DNA of 64,000 nt from contig CM120643.1 of NCBI GenBank assembly GCA_051362555.1, positions 2,294,001-2,358,000 on the forward strand, written 5' to 3'. Within the stretch, counting starts at the first letter, position 1. Each line of letters starts with the position of its first letter. The notes below the pieces were generated by a model, which ran no database searches, had not been told where the DNA came from, and saw only the letters and a list, made by a program, of their open reading frames with translations. Source of the DNA: Lingula anatina. Its lineage: Eukaryota > Animalia > Brachiopoda. The translations under genes and the position numbers were made by a program. Positions 11,701-26,700 of this stretch are shown here, in pieces.

Positions 11701-14700
11701 AAGAATCGTGCTGCACAGGGACGTGTGGCCTTAAGTCCCATGCCTGTGGGTTGGGAACGCCACGAGATATCGTCTACACGTGCAGATTTACCTGTCATGC
11801 CGGTATCTCTGATGACGATGTTTTGAAGATACTGATATCTCTGATGATGATGTCTCGGGGATGAGTGTTATGGTAGGCGTCTTCTTAACACCTCAATATA
11901 CAGATCTGCAGGCAACTAATTCACATTAAGTTATCATTATCATCTCGTTATGCTTTCTCTCACTAAATCAAGTACTGACTCGCTATTAATGAGTTATAAA
12001 CATTCGAACGCATCCCTCTATAATTATGCCCTGTGGCTAATACACACCTTCTAGTAAAAGTTACGTGGGTACAAGTCGCACATCTTCGAGCAACATTTCA
12101 GTACACTACAACTTGAAGACAGTTAATTGGACAGCGTTTATTCCTCAAAGCTATAACAATTTATTTCTTCTGCCCTTTGTCACGTAGCGTAACGATGTCT
12201 TTGATTGCAGGGTCACAGCAAAGCTTTTCAATTATTTTCTGTACTGAATTCAGGACACTATTCCTTTTATCTATGTATGCCGTTAAAAGAGTCTTATGGC
12301 AAGAATGCCATCAAGTTTGAAGGATTTTAGAATTTAAGCCTAGATTTCATGTATATTTGCAACGCGGTAGCCGCACGTACGTAAATCCTTTTCGTGCGGC
12401 GTCTTTGCGGAGGTAGGCGTGCGGAATCGTATAATAAAATAATATCATATTATATTAATAATATATTATATTATAATATCATAGCAAATAATTTGGGCCC
12501 TGATTTCATAGCATGAAGTTTTATAAAGGTCCATTCCTAATGTAACTATCGTTCTACATGGATCGATACAACTCTGCGCGGACTCACGCTGAACACAACC
12601 AACCTCCCCACGCGTCGAATCTCGACCGGATGAATTGAGCCGAGATTTAATGATTGTTCCTCCGCAGGGACAACGCGTGGGGAGGGCGTGTGAGAGGCAG
12701 AGAGACCATTACAGGATTACGCGGTCTTCCTTTCATGTAGGTCCGCCATATTTAGGTCGCGGCCTAGCTAGCACTCGGCTCTTCTTGACCTGAATGGAGC
12801 CATACTAGTATGTTGGAAATTTGTTAATCTGATTGCATTCAGCGACAGTCCCCTCGGAGTTGAATAGATATACATGTACGTAGAACGATAGTTTCATTGG
12901 GAATGGGCCCTAAAACGGCTTCTACATTGAGCTGATCAACTTAAAATTGTGTAGCAGTAGGCCTACGTGCGTTGACAATGGCAATGCAACATTGGTCAAA
13001 AAAGGTTGTCCCACCTCCAGTATCATGCACTTTTATTTATAAATGGTCGCATCACAGGTGAAAATTATTATAAATACTAGTAGTGATTTTCATTCCAGAT
13101 ACCATAACTGATTAGTGAAACAGAAAAGACAAACTAGCGGTGAAGATATCAATAGTTCATACCATTTATTCACATTCATTACATGTATACCCCCTCAAAT
13201 CCGAGTTTCAACGTGATTTTCACATAAGTAAAGAAATGCCCATTCAATTGAAAAGACACCACCAAATGTAACCAAATTTGCACACATTTAGCATTAAGGT
13301 GTGCTTGTTAAAGGCCACGTGTCTTATAGCGTGTGTGTCTACCGCGTACTGTAATTATCTCCTGCAGGCGACGCGGCCTGCTTTCAAGCGATATTATCCT
13401 GCACATATATACCTTCCAAAAAGCATTCTGCAACATGTCTACGGGCCCTTATTTGACAATCGAAGGCATACAAGAAAAAATTCCTTGATTCTTCAGCAAA
13501 ACCAACTTGTTCCTACTGTTGGTTGGCCAAGTTCTGGCAGTGCTGGGGTTACTGAACCTAACATTACCAACTGATACCTCATTCCATCTGCAAGAAGGGG
13601 CTTGGGGGGTGATCCAGGCTTCACCATGACAGCACACTTGCACACAGTTCTCGTCTGGTGAGTGATTTGTTGCAGAAACCCAATGTTCTGAGGTTCGAGA
13701 AACCATCTTTGGGTCCTGATAATAAACCTACTGAGCACCCGTGGCATGAATTGAAGTGTGCAATCCAGAGAAGAAACAAACTCCAAGTAGTCCGGACCAA
13801 AAAGCTTTTTAGGAAACATGGAACAATATCCCACGTAATTACTGGCAGCGCCGAGAATTAATTACAGCTTTGGAAGTAACTGGCTCGCGCTGCCCGTAAA
13901 TACGCCGTGGGGTATTCCGGGCACAGACCGTGATCACAAGATACCGAAAACAGATTTTTAGATCTTTAGAAAATAGATTTTTCATGTGAACGCAGCCTTA
14001 GACGACTTTTCGAAAATAGCCGAGAAGGATTGGTCTATCTTTAATGGGTACGCGCCGTAAATAATCTGCATGTGAGCTGTTGACATTGTCGATGGATGAC
14101 AAAGTAATTTCTTTGAGCAGCAGCTTCTCTCATGACAAGTAAAGACAAACATAATGGCGATGTAGGAGGCAATACACGTCGTTTGGCATGCATTTCTTTA
14201 TGACACTTCTCAAAATAGCCGAGCTTTGAAAGGCAAAACTCGTAAACACAATTAACGTCCGTGGGAGTCTCAGAAAAGAAAGGTTTTGAGTTGCAAGGGT
14301 TATTCTTATTTTGTTTGTATTGTACAATTGTATTCTTGGCCAATTATTTCTGCCTGCCCTGATGCCCGTTTGTTTTCCTGCAATTCCAGACACCTGCATG
14401 CGTGAGTATGTGCGTGTGTGCATGCCTCTTCGTCCGCGCGTCTGTCCTTCTTTATCTCTCTGTACTTGTTCACCTGTGTGTCTACCTGTCTCCCTCCCAC
14501 CTGTGCGGTGGCGTAGGTGTGTGTGCATTTGTATGTTTTGTTAGATGTACATATTAAGGCACGCTATTCACGCAAAAGATTATTCTTGCTGGTTCTATTT
14601 CAACTAGCATGTTTTACATGTATGTTTTGATATTTTGGTGAGGGGACTTGTGAAGAAAGGAAATACAGTCCACACCAGGGGCGGATTTAAGGCGTCTTCT

Positions 14701-17700
14701 GGGTCTTCCAGAAGACGGTAAGATTTTCAAGTTTACATTGACGGGTGTCTAACATTTCCTGTCGGAAGACCGTCAGACTGTCAGATAAAGTCTCTGAAAT
14801 CGCTCCTGCACACCACCCAAGTGTTGTATTAACCAGGTATGGTTGGCACTTCACACCCAGACTGCCCATGCAGGCCATTGACACAAACATGTAGCTTTTA
14901 CGCTATACTGCTGCAAGGCCATGACATGTGTACCTTAGCTCCGGGAATACCAAATGCTTTCAAGCATTGGTTTGGACAGTCTAAGACCCCATTCCCGTAT
15001 CTAGATCGATCTAGCAAGATCGGTCTATCTCCGAGGGGATTCTCGCTAAACTGCACTGATGTTGCTGATGTCTGACACGCCTACTGAAGCTGTTAGGGGG
15101 TAATTAACTATCGTTTAGCACATTCAGTGGGCGTGTCAGGCATCAATCTAAGGATTCCATGAAAGCAACATTATATATATATTCAATACAAGTTGTTGAT
15201 CAAAGGAGTGTACGCACTACACACCTATTAACGGACTCTTGCTTTAACAGAGGCTTGTAGCCATCTGAGAAAAGAACGGTAAACAGTTTGTTCAAACAGG
15301 CTTATAGTACTAGTGATTGCCACCACGATTTTCATAAGCCCCAACTTTGATAAGTGGAAAGAAAATCGCTGAACAGTACTGCAGTAAGGTTACTACATAC
15401 AGCTGATCTTATCTCCATATCTTTTTTTTCTTTTTCACATTTTATCATTTGGTTTTGCACTGGAATGGATATTGATTATGACAACATATGACAAAAATGG
15501 TATTTCTTTGGTGTGCTTTAAGTCCATTGTCATTAAAACAGAATGCTTTATATATATATGTTGCCTTGTGCATGTGTAACCACTACTCGGCTTTATACCC
15601 AATTTAACATGTATATGTGTCCCCTTGGGAAAGAAACCGGCTTAGAAAGAGATACACAACAGAAACCACGAGGCTTATAATCATCTTTCACACAAAGCAA
15701 CTATGCGTAATACGGTATTAAATCTATAAACTCTCTAACCTTAGACATCTAATTATATTGGTCGTGTGAGGTACGTTTTACAAAATCTGTAATTACAAAG
15801 CTATTTATTTTATCCTTTTGTAAGAAAATAAAACCCTTTAATTGCGTGGATATACCGGTTTGTATCCTCCGGGGATTCATTTAGTCGACTAATGGAATTA
15901 AGTCAACCACTTTTAAGTGGGCTTGACGTTCGTAGAACGACTTAAAACGGGCACTGCTAAGCTGACCTCAACTAACAAGCTATCTGAGGTTAATAGGCTT
16001 ATGGAGCATACTTTTTTAAGAATCGGTTTCGACAAAAGGATCTTTGATACTGCGAGGCACGATTCTTTTAATACTCGACCCATTATACACGGTGATGCAT
16101 AGGGGGAACTCAAGTTTTTTCGTTAATTCAAAGCTCGGCTAATCCCACGCTTCCTCTGGCAGTCTTTGAAAGCGACATCCGAACGCTAATCTTCCCCATC
16201 GACGTGTGGTTATGTGTTACTGAAATCAGATTAATTTGCGGTTACGTGAAGCTTCCGCTTCAATATCATGAAAAGCGGAACGCTAGTCGGCTGTGTTGGC
16301 TCTGAAGACAATGCAGGTCTCTGGAAATTTAATTATGGATATGTATATTGTGTGCAGCAATATTAGCCAATGGAAAGCGTGCTCAAATTCTGTGTAGGCC
16401 TCCATGGTCTTTTGAAATGCAATAAATGGTTTCTCGTTACAACAAAGTTAGTAATAATGCTTCATGAAAACTGGAAATCCATGATAATTGCAGCATGTTT
16501 GTGTGTCTGGAGACAAGGCGTGACTTTTGAATTATAATCCACATTTCGTGCTGCAAATTAATTAAGACAAAACGCATAGCTCGCTTTATGTTGGTTTCTA
16601 CTTGCATGTGTAGATACGTCAGAAGAGACAGTATCAATATTTCCAGGGATTGAAACATTCTAGCTATCATTGATTTTTTTTCTAGCACCTTCCTTGCATT
16701 TTGGTTAAACTTGACTAGCTTCATTTTTTCGAGTTCCAAATACTTAATTCTCTCAAACTTGGACGTAGCAAGTAAAGGATAACTTGTGTTGCTAGCACGT
16801 CCATTCAGCTCATCAATTAATTTTGTTATGGTTTAGTGATACTCATAAAGGATGTAAAGCAAATCCGACGTTTACTGAAAACTGAAAATATTAAGACAAA
16901 ACACCAGGATCTTTCAAAGCCTTCCTTCCCCTTAGAATTATTTATCTCTTGTGTCATAAACCCTTTATCTAGTTGAAGGAAAGTCTTGGGTCACAGAACG
17001 AAACTATGCCTTGTGGAGGTTATCGTGGGCAGATAGCAAATCGCACTCAATAATGCCATGGAGCCTTCAAGGTATACCCGGTGTAACGAAACTGAGGGTC
17101 AGTGTAACAGAAAGTCCGCCCTCCGTATAGTTATAATGGTTAGGGTTAGCATCACCTAAGTGGGTCAAAATCTAGGGCGAAGCTTGCCTCTACAAATGAA
17201 TGTGAAGCGGACTCCAGGGCCGTAGCCTGAGCAAAATGCCAGGGGGGGGGGGGCAGTAAGCGGACACGAGGGGGTGAAGCTACCGAGGGGGGAGGGTGTG
17301 GTGTGTAAAATTCCAAATTCCAGGGGGGGGGGCAGCTGCCCCCCCCCCCCTGCCCCCCAGGAGGCTACGGCCCTGGACTCTCTATCATGTCTATGGCAAC
17401 ATTCAGAATAGGGGACTTTCTAGGCCGAAGGTCAAATATGGTGACCTGCTACAAAACTTGCCGTCTAATTCGCTAATAGACACTGAATAGAAGTATTCAA
17501 GTAGGTCGACCATATTTAGCCCTCCGCCTAGTTAGTCCCCCATTCTGAATGGCCCCTATCACGCTACATCGGTGAAGCAGGCAGGGACGGTATAAATCTC
17601 CTGGAACCGTTGTCAGTTTCCCATTACTTTGTACAGGTGACACAGCCAGGTAACTCAAACCTGCAGTTATCACACGGGGCCCGGACGTCCATTCCTAGGG

Positions 17701-20700
17701 TCACTATTCCTCCCACAACCTTGCTAAATTCAAAACCAACTTCCGGTCGTATAAAATTGAAGATGTTGTTGATTTTTCCATTGAACTGTATAGGGGATTT
17801 TTTTTTTTTTTTTTTTTTTGAAAAACCAATGAATATTTGTTTTATCTAGTATAGGTCACTGAAAATGGGTGGGTTGCTTATTTTGTCGAAATAAACGTCG
17901 CATTTACTAATTTGAGATATGTATTTTGAAATATGAAAGACATGCACAACAAAAGTGACGTCTAAATCATTTTTCTAATCTAATCACGATATAACTACAC
18001 AAGTTGACAGAAAAAATCGATCCCTCAGGGAAACAATTAACAAAAGCTTTCAACCAAAATAATTTTGTTCTACTTGCAATGGGATATGTTGTGTTAGTTT
18101 CCATGGGAACCTTCCAAGCTATCACGCCACGTTTGGAGCACGTGTTTGCCACGAGGCAACAGCTTGGCAACGTGGTAACAACAGCGTGGTTGACATATGG
18201 GCGGGTCCCAGTGTACGTCTCACTGCATATGTGTCTTGATGGTAATGTGACGAAGTAGTTGGCATTATCTTCTGCTGTTACGCGAGGTAGCACATACAAC
18301 GCTTTTACCGTATATCCTTTCATGTTATTTATTAACTACTTTCTAGTTGGTTCCCGCGCCACTTTCTTTCCAGTTCTATCTCTACCTCATGCAATCTCTA
18401 GCAGCCTTCCCTTCGTTTACGTTACACGCAGTTGTATAAGCATCATAAGAGCATGTTAATCAACTCAGTTACTCTACAAAACACTCCCCGCTCCTTATAC
18501 AACCATGGTTATCAATACATCACCTAACATTATGGTTGTATATAAGACATAACAAAGTTAAAAGATAAATGTTGGCTCCGTGGACAAATTTCAAAAGTCA
18601 CGTTGAGCTCCATGCCTTCCTGCAAATCCCATAAGGAAAACCTCAGGTAAACAATTTAAAAATGAAATAAAAGCTCTTCCTCTCAGAGGTATGGTAATTA
18701 TTTAACCATATCTTCTTACCAAAGATAAACTGCTTAGTACGCTCATTTTACTCCCGAAGGGATGTACGGGTTTAAGGATTTTATTTCTGTGAAAGGAAAT
18801 CGTGAGATGCAGGTTTCTAAATGAAAGTTGTCATGTCCAAATGCTGGATAGAACACGGACTCCTATGTAAGGAACCACGGTATTCAAGTTTGAAACACAT
18901 AAAATGTTACGGTTAAAGTCATGCTAATTAATCTCCGGCACCATCGGTTTATTGCATACAGAAGCTGATATGCATATATTTCAAACCTATTGCGCGCTTT
19001 GACTCGTTGATACACGTGGTAGATGTTTATAAACAACAATACAATATACATATTGTGTTGTTATATCCATTATGGCGGACCCTGGGAGAGTGAGCAATGC
19101 CCCCCCCCCCCCCCCCCCCCAAATCAATTTACTTCCTCCTAAAACTAGTTTTCAAGCAAAACGAGACAAAATTAAGCATCCCTGGACTCTACAAATCACA
19201 CACAGCAAAACTGTCCTCGTCTACTAAGCTGCTTTCCTCATGCTCTGCTCAGCAACCTCCCAAAAGAATATAATAATTATAATTAATCCTGACCTGCCAG
19301 TGTTTACGGTCATAAGTCTGCTAAGATATACAGTATTACGTAGATATAGAGGTAAAATCGGCAGAATATTCAATATGATAAAATTTTTATGAGATATATA
19401 GGAAAAACAACCGACGTGAACAGGTGGATATACCTATGTGTATCCCATGCCCCCCCCCCCCCCCCCCATCTGAATATCTTTTTAAATCTCCACACATATC
19501 TCCACGTGTCTTCCACGATGTCAAACACACATCCCGTCCACGTGACTTCCGGTGCCTTCCTTTGGGACAGCCGCCATGTTTGATACGAAACCTCCCAGCA
19601 GATTAATCCAACCCAGGCAAATGGAGGAAACTGTGTGTGTCCTCACTAATAACAATATTAAGAACCATTTATGCCAAAAATATCTCCATTTCTCATTTCT
19701 GTAGTCAAACTATGGATCATTCTTGGTAAACACTCCGGGAAAATTGATGTACGGTAGTCAACTTAATACACCGGAGACTTCTTCAAAGCAATGGCCGGCG
19801 GCTAGTTAGCGACCGAGGACACAGGCTGTCCGCCCTCGATATTTGAATTCTCGGTAATCTTGCTTTGGAATGAGCGTCTGTTATCGTATGTAACGTTGCG
19901 GCTGATCAAAATTCCAGGAAAAGCTCTTGATGCACGTATTAGCACTAGTGTACTGTCATCAACCCAGAGGATTGTTTTAATTCAGAAGAACGCTGCTTAA
20001 TCACAAAAGCAAGTGACGGTTAAACGATGTAGGCTTCACTTCGATAACAAAGTAATAAAGCAAAAAAACATACTATTTGGCTTGTGCCAAATGATGCAAT
20101 TTAAACAAAAAAACAAACGTCACATGTTAAATAATACTGCCGTAATATGATTATTCTGTAAAAGTCGTAAAACCGAATAGAACAGTTAGTGTAACGGCGT
20201 CCCGCGTGTATTTAATCAATCAGTGACCTTTACTGCATCAGAAATTGTAATCTAAGTATTGTAAACAAGCAATCATTGTTGACAACTTGTTATTGCTTTA
20301 CACAACCAGGGATGAAAAGGAAAAACGGACCATGTAACAACAAGTGTGGTAGAGAGAAAGAGATAACAATTGCAACATCGCCTAAGAATTCACAAACTAA
20401 GCAATGAAAACAATTCATGGAAGCGAAACAAAAACAAATGAAATTGAACAACACGGGAAGCTTATTACATTAGACACCTCAAAGAAAATGCTTGTCTCTG
20501 TCTGAAAAACAATCCTCAATTTCAACTCCCAAATGCACGACATTTGGTCCATTTCTCTCCGAGTAATTCTGTATTCCGCATAAAGAAGCTTCGTTGAATA
20601 CCATTAAACCAAAGTATCTACCTAATATCACCCAACTCGTTGATAATTCTGGATTTTATTTCAAAACACTACGTGAAACAATTACTTTCAGTGGAATCTG

Positions 20701-23700
20701 TGGCTTGAAAACATATTCCCTTTCATCAAGTTATAAAAATGTCAGTAACAACAACCAACAGACAATCCGGCTGACATTATCAGCAGAGTCCCATGGCTTT
20801 TTTTATAATGGAACTGATCGCTATGTTTACGTGTTTCATGAATCCCCGAGCTTTGAACAGCTCAGAAAACAGAACAACAATGTATACTTAAGATATCCGA
20901 AGGATTTATTATGGTTCAGATAACATGTATGATGTTTGCTTGATATTCGATCCAAGAAATTGTGAGTTTTAATCTCTCAAAATCAATAGATGAAAAGTTG
21001 ATAGGTCTTGCAATTCGGACAAAAGCCTAGGACAGCGAGCCCCCCATTGGTGTACGTAAAACCTTAATTACCCGATCTAATATAATACAAAATGTTAAGA
21101 CACGATAAACAGGAGATGGATCGTTAAAGACAATTTTTGACATGGACACTTGCAGGATTTCACGGTGACAATTAACGTGAAACACGTTTATTGTATTCAG
21201 GTTTTTATTAAACATGAATATTCTAGGCATTGGCGCATGTGAACAATTTTCATACGTACAAAACACAACTGGCTATAAAGCAAAGACAAGGTTTATGTAT
21301 GAAAGAAGATTTCAGGGTCATGGTCCACATTGAGTAATTATATCCATGCTCAGTGCATACATATTCAAGCAACTATCACGTACATAAACCTTATTTTAAA
21401 GTATCTGTATATATGATAAATCGCTCGCTTCTACATATTGTTATTACTTTTATATAATCATTATTAATTCATTTATTTATTATTAGTTAAAATAACGCAG
21501 GCGAGCACATAATGCTGCGTCGACTTGCCGCCTGCTTTCGAATTTATTTATTTTGTATATTTGTTTATTATAGTAAAAGCTTCTACATACATGTACGTAC
21601 CAGTAGGTATACGTACAACTTCACTGTCATGACCATAAGTTATAAAAAGCAAAGCGCATTTGCAACATTTTAAGGTTCGATTTTAGGTTCATGATCAATA
21701 CACTGAGCGATATCTCTGTCCACAGTTTAAGAACTGGGACGACGGAATCAACGTGTTTGTCTGTCAACCTTTTAAACGCCGAAGATGTGAAGAGGTAATT
21801 TCCGTCTCGGCGAAAGCTTTGACGCATTTCCTGCCAGATGACAGTGAGCACAATTGTAAGATTTCAATGGTTTCCGCGTTGGATGGATTAGTCAACAAAA
21901 TGTTGCGTGCACTTGAGAAAAAAACCGACCCTAAGCTGGGTGTGCTTGAACAGAAATGAACTTTACACGCACTAGTCTAAGGCATTACAACAACAGAGGT
22001 GTGCAACTTGGCATAAACCTATTCGTTCTTTTCTGCCTCACAATAAAAGTAATTTGGTTATGTCATAAGAAGTCCTGTTTAAATGAATTTTCACAAGACA
22101 GTGTATTGGTTACCCCTTATTAAAAGCAATTTTGATGACAGCGATCATCGCGTCATCTTCAAAGAACGCACCTGGTCACCGGTACCCGCGAACCATGGTT
22201 CTGACATCAAGGCCGGAGATGGTTTCCAACCCAGGTCTACAGGATGACATATTATACCGGGATACAAGAAATGAAGTTTCCAGGGCTCTATGACGGTTAT
22301 TTCATTATCAACCTCGACTAAATATAGCAAATTCCATTTACGTTATTTCGACGGATGACGCATGCAGCTGTTAATTACCAAGGATAATTAGACTCACTTT
22401 ACAGTATATTATCGGAATGATAATTGGTATATGCAGATACATTACCCAAATTATTGAACAATTTCTTAAAACAACGCCACTTATAAAGAAAAGCACCATA
22501 ATGATGTAGTTGGACGTCTCGCTAGTTAATTTGAGAAAATCTAGACACCACAAATCCCGTTGTCAAACGATAGTCGTTTCTAATGACAATTTCAGTTTGT
22601 TTTTTCTCTTTTTAATAAGTGCTATCATACTTTGAGTGCTAGTGTATCAGTATCATTCTCTGCCTAGGAGGGGTGGAGCCTCCCCGTCCTCTTCTGCTGG
22701 AAACAATTTGCGTGTACAACACGCGGACGGAAAGGGGTGGAGTCTATCTGCTTATCGCTGTATGTCTCAATAATACACTATTTTTTTGGCACGTGGATTT
22801 TATTGGTGTTGTTTAAGAACCTGTTCCTAATAATTTAAACACGTGTTTCCTCTATCCTAAAGGCTCAGTTTTTACAATGCATTTGACGTTGCAGGAAACA
22901 TTGGGTGTGTTCTGCCGTTTTTTTTTACTGGTTTTGTGCATTATTCTCGGAAATTTTTCTTCCATCAAAGTCTGAACTTTTAACGAAGGTTATAGTTTCT
23001 GGCCATGACAGCCGAATCCGATAAAAATACATTTGTAGCAATCTTATTCCACTTGTGGTTACGCGAATAAAGCAACTACATTAAATGTGTATTTTTGCGA
23101 ATTATGTGCATCGAATTTTGTTACAGACGAATGCAGCTGTACGTGCTATCTTACATGTATTCTAAGCCCTGTAACCCCCCTCTCTCTCTCTCTCTCTCTC
23201 TAATATATCTAGACGTTTCTTCCTTATTTCTATTCCATTTTTATCTTCGAGGCAATAAGTAGAAGTGGGGAGGAGTCATCTCAATCTGACATTTCCCCAG
23301 AAATGGACCGAATAACTACATCATAAGCCATAATATTATGTGGAAGATTCGCTTGCGATGAATCGAACCATTTTAACTGGCATGGCGTTCATGATGGAAA
23401 TTGGAAAGGGTGCGTCTGACAAGTCTAGAACTGTGTCTTTGTTTCTTTCTCTCGGTGTGCAAACTACACGTTATCTAATGATCATCTCCCACAGCAATTA
23501 AGTACATCCCGCACGAAAAGTAGCAAGTAGCATTAACGCAGTAGTGGTGTGGAGCATATTTGCAGTAGAAACGCAGTATAGCCTACTGCAATTCTACTCC
23601 AAAAAGTACATAGGTTTGTACAGAGAGGAGCATTAATGCAGTAGATTAGCAGCATGATAGAAACATGTTTCATATATGCTAATAAGCTCCCAACTCGAAG

Positions 23701-26700
23701 CAAATTTGAGGCATATGTGTTTGCAGTATGATTGCAGTACTTAGTCTACAGCTCTGGAGTATCTACTGCGTTTTCGTGCGGGATGCAATGGCCTTAATAC
23801 ACTGCAGATCTTACCTAACCTGTCTTAAATAACTGACTGTGGCATCACGTTTTGTTTTCATGCACGTGAACTCTGGATATTTTTTCCATAGATAATAAGG
23901 AGTCTCATATTTGAACTGCTTGCACTTAAATAATAAGAATTGGACGAAAATGTTGTGCTGAGTGCGCCAAGGTGAAAAATGCTGATTGTCATTTTTGAAA
24001 CACAACTTTGAAGCGTGTCAGCGAGGCAGTAAAACCCAAAGAGCCACGATACCAACCCAGAATTGATGTAAGCCTTTTAAATAAGCTATTGAGAGTTGAT
24101 TCAGGATATTGTCACCAAAACTCCTTACTTGCTGCCTTACATACATTATTTTGGGTAATAGATAAATCTCCAGTGTTCAGTGACTAAATTAATTGACATT
24201 TACACATTTCATCTTACGGGTGACGCCAAAAATCGCAAAAACTGAAAAAGCGGTTTCTCATAATTCTCCTTTACCTGCCAATTTAATGACACTATTTAGT
24301 ACCCCCAAACCCTGCCAGCGATTTTTCTTAAACGCCTTAGTTCAGATTCTATCGTTGATAAAGCAAAACTATGCCTTTGTTTAATAAAAATCTGTAATTA
24401 GGGGATCCTAATTACACTCCACAACAAAAGTATTTAAACCAAAACGAGGCACGGGATTGCAGCACATACATTCGCAGTCAACTCTGCCAATTTTGTGATA
24501 AAATCGTGTTCAAGGAAGTTACGATTACTTTCTCACCTCAGAATAGAAAGGTGTTAAATTGACGATTAAAGCGATGAGTTACCAATGCTGATACATTGCA
24601 ATAGGAAATATACCTGGGGTAAAAGCCGATCTTTTATATTTTCAAGGAGATTTCTGTTGCTTTAAATCAGCACAAAGATAGATGCATTATTGAATAATTT
24701 GATGCAGGGAAATCCTCATTTTCGGTATCTGAATGATAATAAAGGGTTACAATACCGTTAAATAGATAGCTAATCTCTTTACTGTGACCCTGTGGTGAAA
24801 TATTAAGGATGATTACATGTCTGGTAATTGTTTGCATAACTACTCAGGCACTGTCACTTACGACGTCTCTGACCTCCACCGGGGCCACAGTTTGATTTTT
24901 CACGGGATATTCATAGATAGATAAATAAACAGTCATTTGATTCTTTGCCACCCTGTAATGAAATCTATGATAATTGCATGACTAGTTGTTATTTACATAA
25001 CTGCTCAGGCACTGCCACTTTACAGGCCCAAGCCAAGTCCCTTTGACAACAACCAAAACGGTTAATTGCTCATCAGTGGAAATAAAAACAGCCCCTTATG
25101 TAAAGCATGTTACTTCAGTGTGCTAATGTACTTTAGACCATGTGACTTTTTTCAGCAGACAGACAAGACAAGAAAGGTTGTATAACGAGCGTTAATTATA
25201 TCAGCGTGAACCCCAGCTCCCACTGAGCTCCTGCAGAGCGAGTACAATGCCATCAGCACGCGTGCGGATTTATTGCTTCCATCTGGCCCAAAGTTAGAGG
25301 TTCGCCTTAGCAAAAATATCCTTAGATTAATTACTGCGGTACTGGTAGGGGGTACCGTCATGTAATAATCATCTCCGACAACAATTAAGTAATGACCTTT
25401 ATTCACTGAAGATATTTCATAAGCTGCCTAAAATAAATGACAAAATCACGTTCGGTTATCAAACACGTATACTCGGAAGATCTTTCCAGATATAATAAGG
25501 GGTATCCCAATTGCATTATAAATATATAATAGAACCTTGTCTTTATCCACTGCTCTCTTTTTCCCTTGATATAATTTCAAATATCAGTTTACGATCTTCT
25601 TGGTGCGTTCAGAATGTGGACGTGCCATCGGCTGTTTATCGCGTACGGTTGCACCAGTACATCGTAACTATTATCAATAAAAACAATCATTACCATAACA
25701 ATGACGTAACCATGACATCCCATGATGTTACCATGACATTATCATGATGTAACCATGACATTACCATGATGTTACCTTGACATATACCATGATGTTACCA
25801 TTATATATATATCATGATGTTACCATTACATAACATTGACGTAACCGTGATTATATCAATACGAGTCATTTATGACACTACGGACACAATTTTTGGTTTT
25901 CAATCAAATTACCAAAGCAAAATGAATTGCTATTCATGTTCTAAGTTTTTGAAAGATGTATTACCTCCTTGATTATCCATTTTTATATAAAACAAGTCTC
26001 TGTTTTTTATCTCTGAATGCATGTAAAAGATTTGATAAGATAGATATAAGATAAATAACTGAAGTACTCACGATCTCCGTCCATTGCTTCCATAGCGTCC
26101 TTGAGTTCAAAATATGTTGGTCGTTCGCCGAGCGATCTGAGAACTTCTCCCAATTCTTCCGTGGTAATCATCCCATTTCCGTCTTTGTCAAACACATTAA
26201 ACGCCTCTTCAAATTCTATTAGTGTACAACAGAAAAGATTTGTTTTAATCCAGAAAAATCCCCTTGGATATGTATGTTATGTTTTGCAACACGAATACGA
26301 CTTTATTGAGCAAAATTTATCGCATGTTTATATCATTAGTGTCTTTTGAATGCACTATCCGAAAACTTGAATAGTGATGAACATCTATATATGTGTATAA
26401 ATTCAATAGAATGGGTTTCGTTCTTTGAAATCAGTCGTGACATTTGTATCAATAATTCGAAAAAATGTCAATTTAGTTTGATGTTTTAAGATAAAATCCT
26501 AGCACTGGGAAGACCCAAGAGGCTTCAAAGGCAGGATTATGGAACGTTTTCTGTCAGTTTTCATTAAATCTCCATATAATTGTACTTTACTGGTAACAAG
26601 CGCTAGAAGATTACACACTCTGTACTTTAACCACTGTTGTGATCAGGTTTGTCTTTATTTCGACAGGCGTTTTGGAGACAAATAACACATGAATTTATTA

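Noticed and set aside
18720-18746. taaaATG...MSVLSSLSL|gtaaga as an alternative first exon
   Set aside because: The phase-0 donor does not fit the phase-1 exon 4, and such a match is expected by chance in 23 kb.
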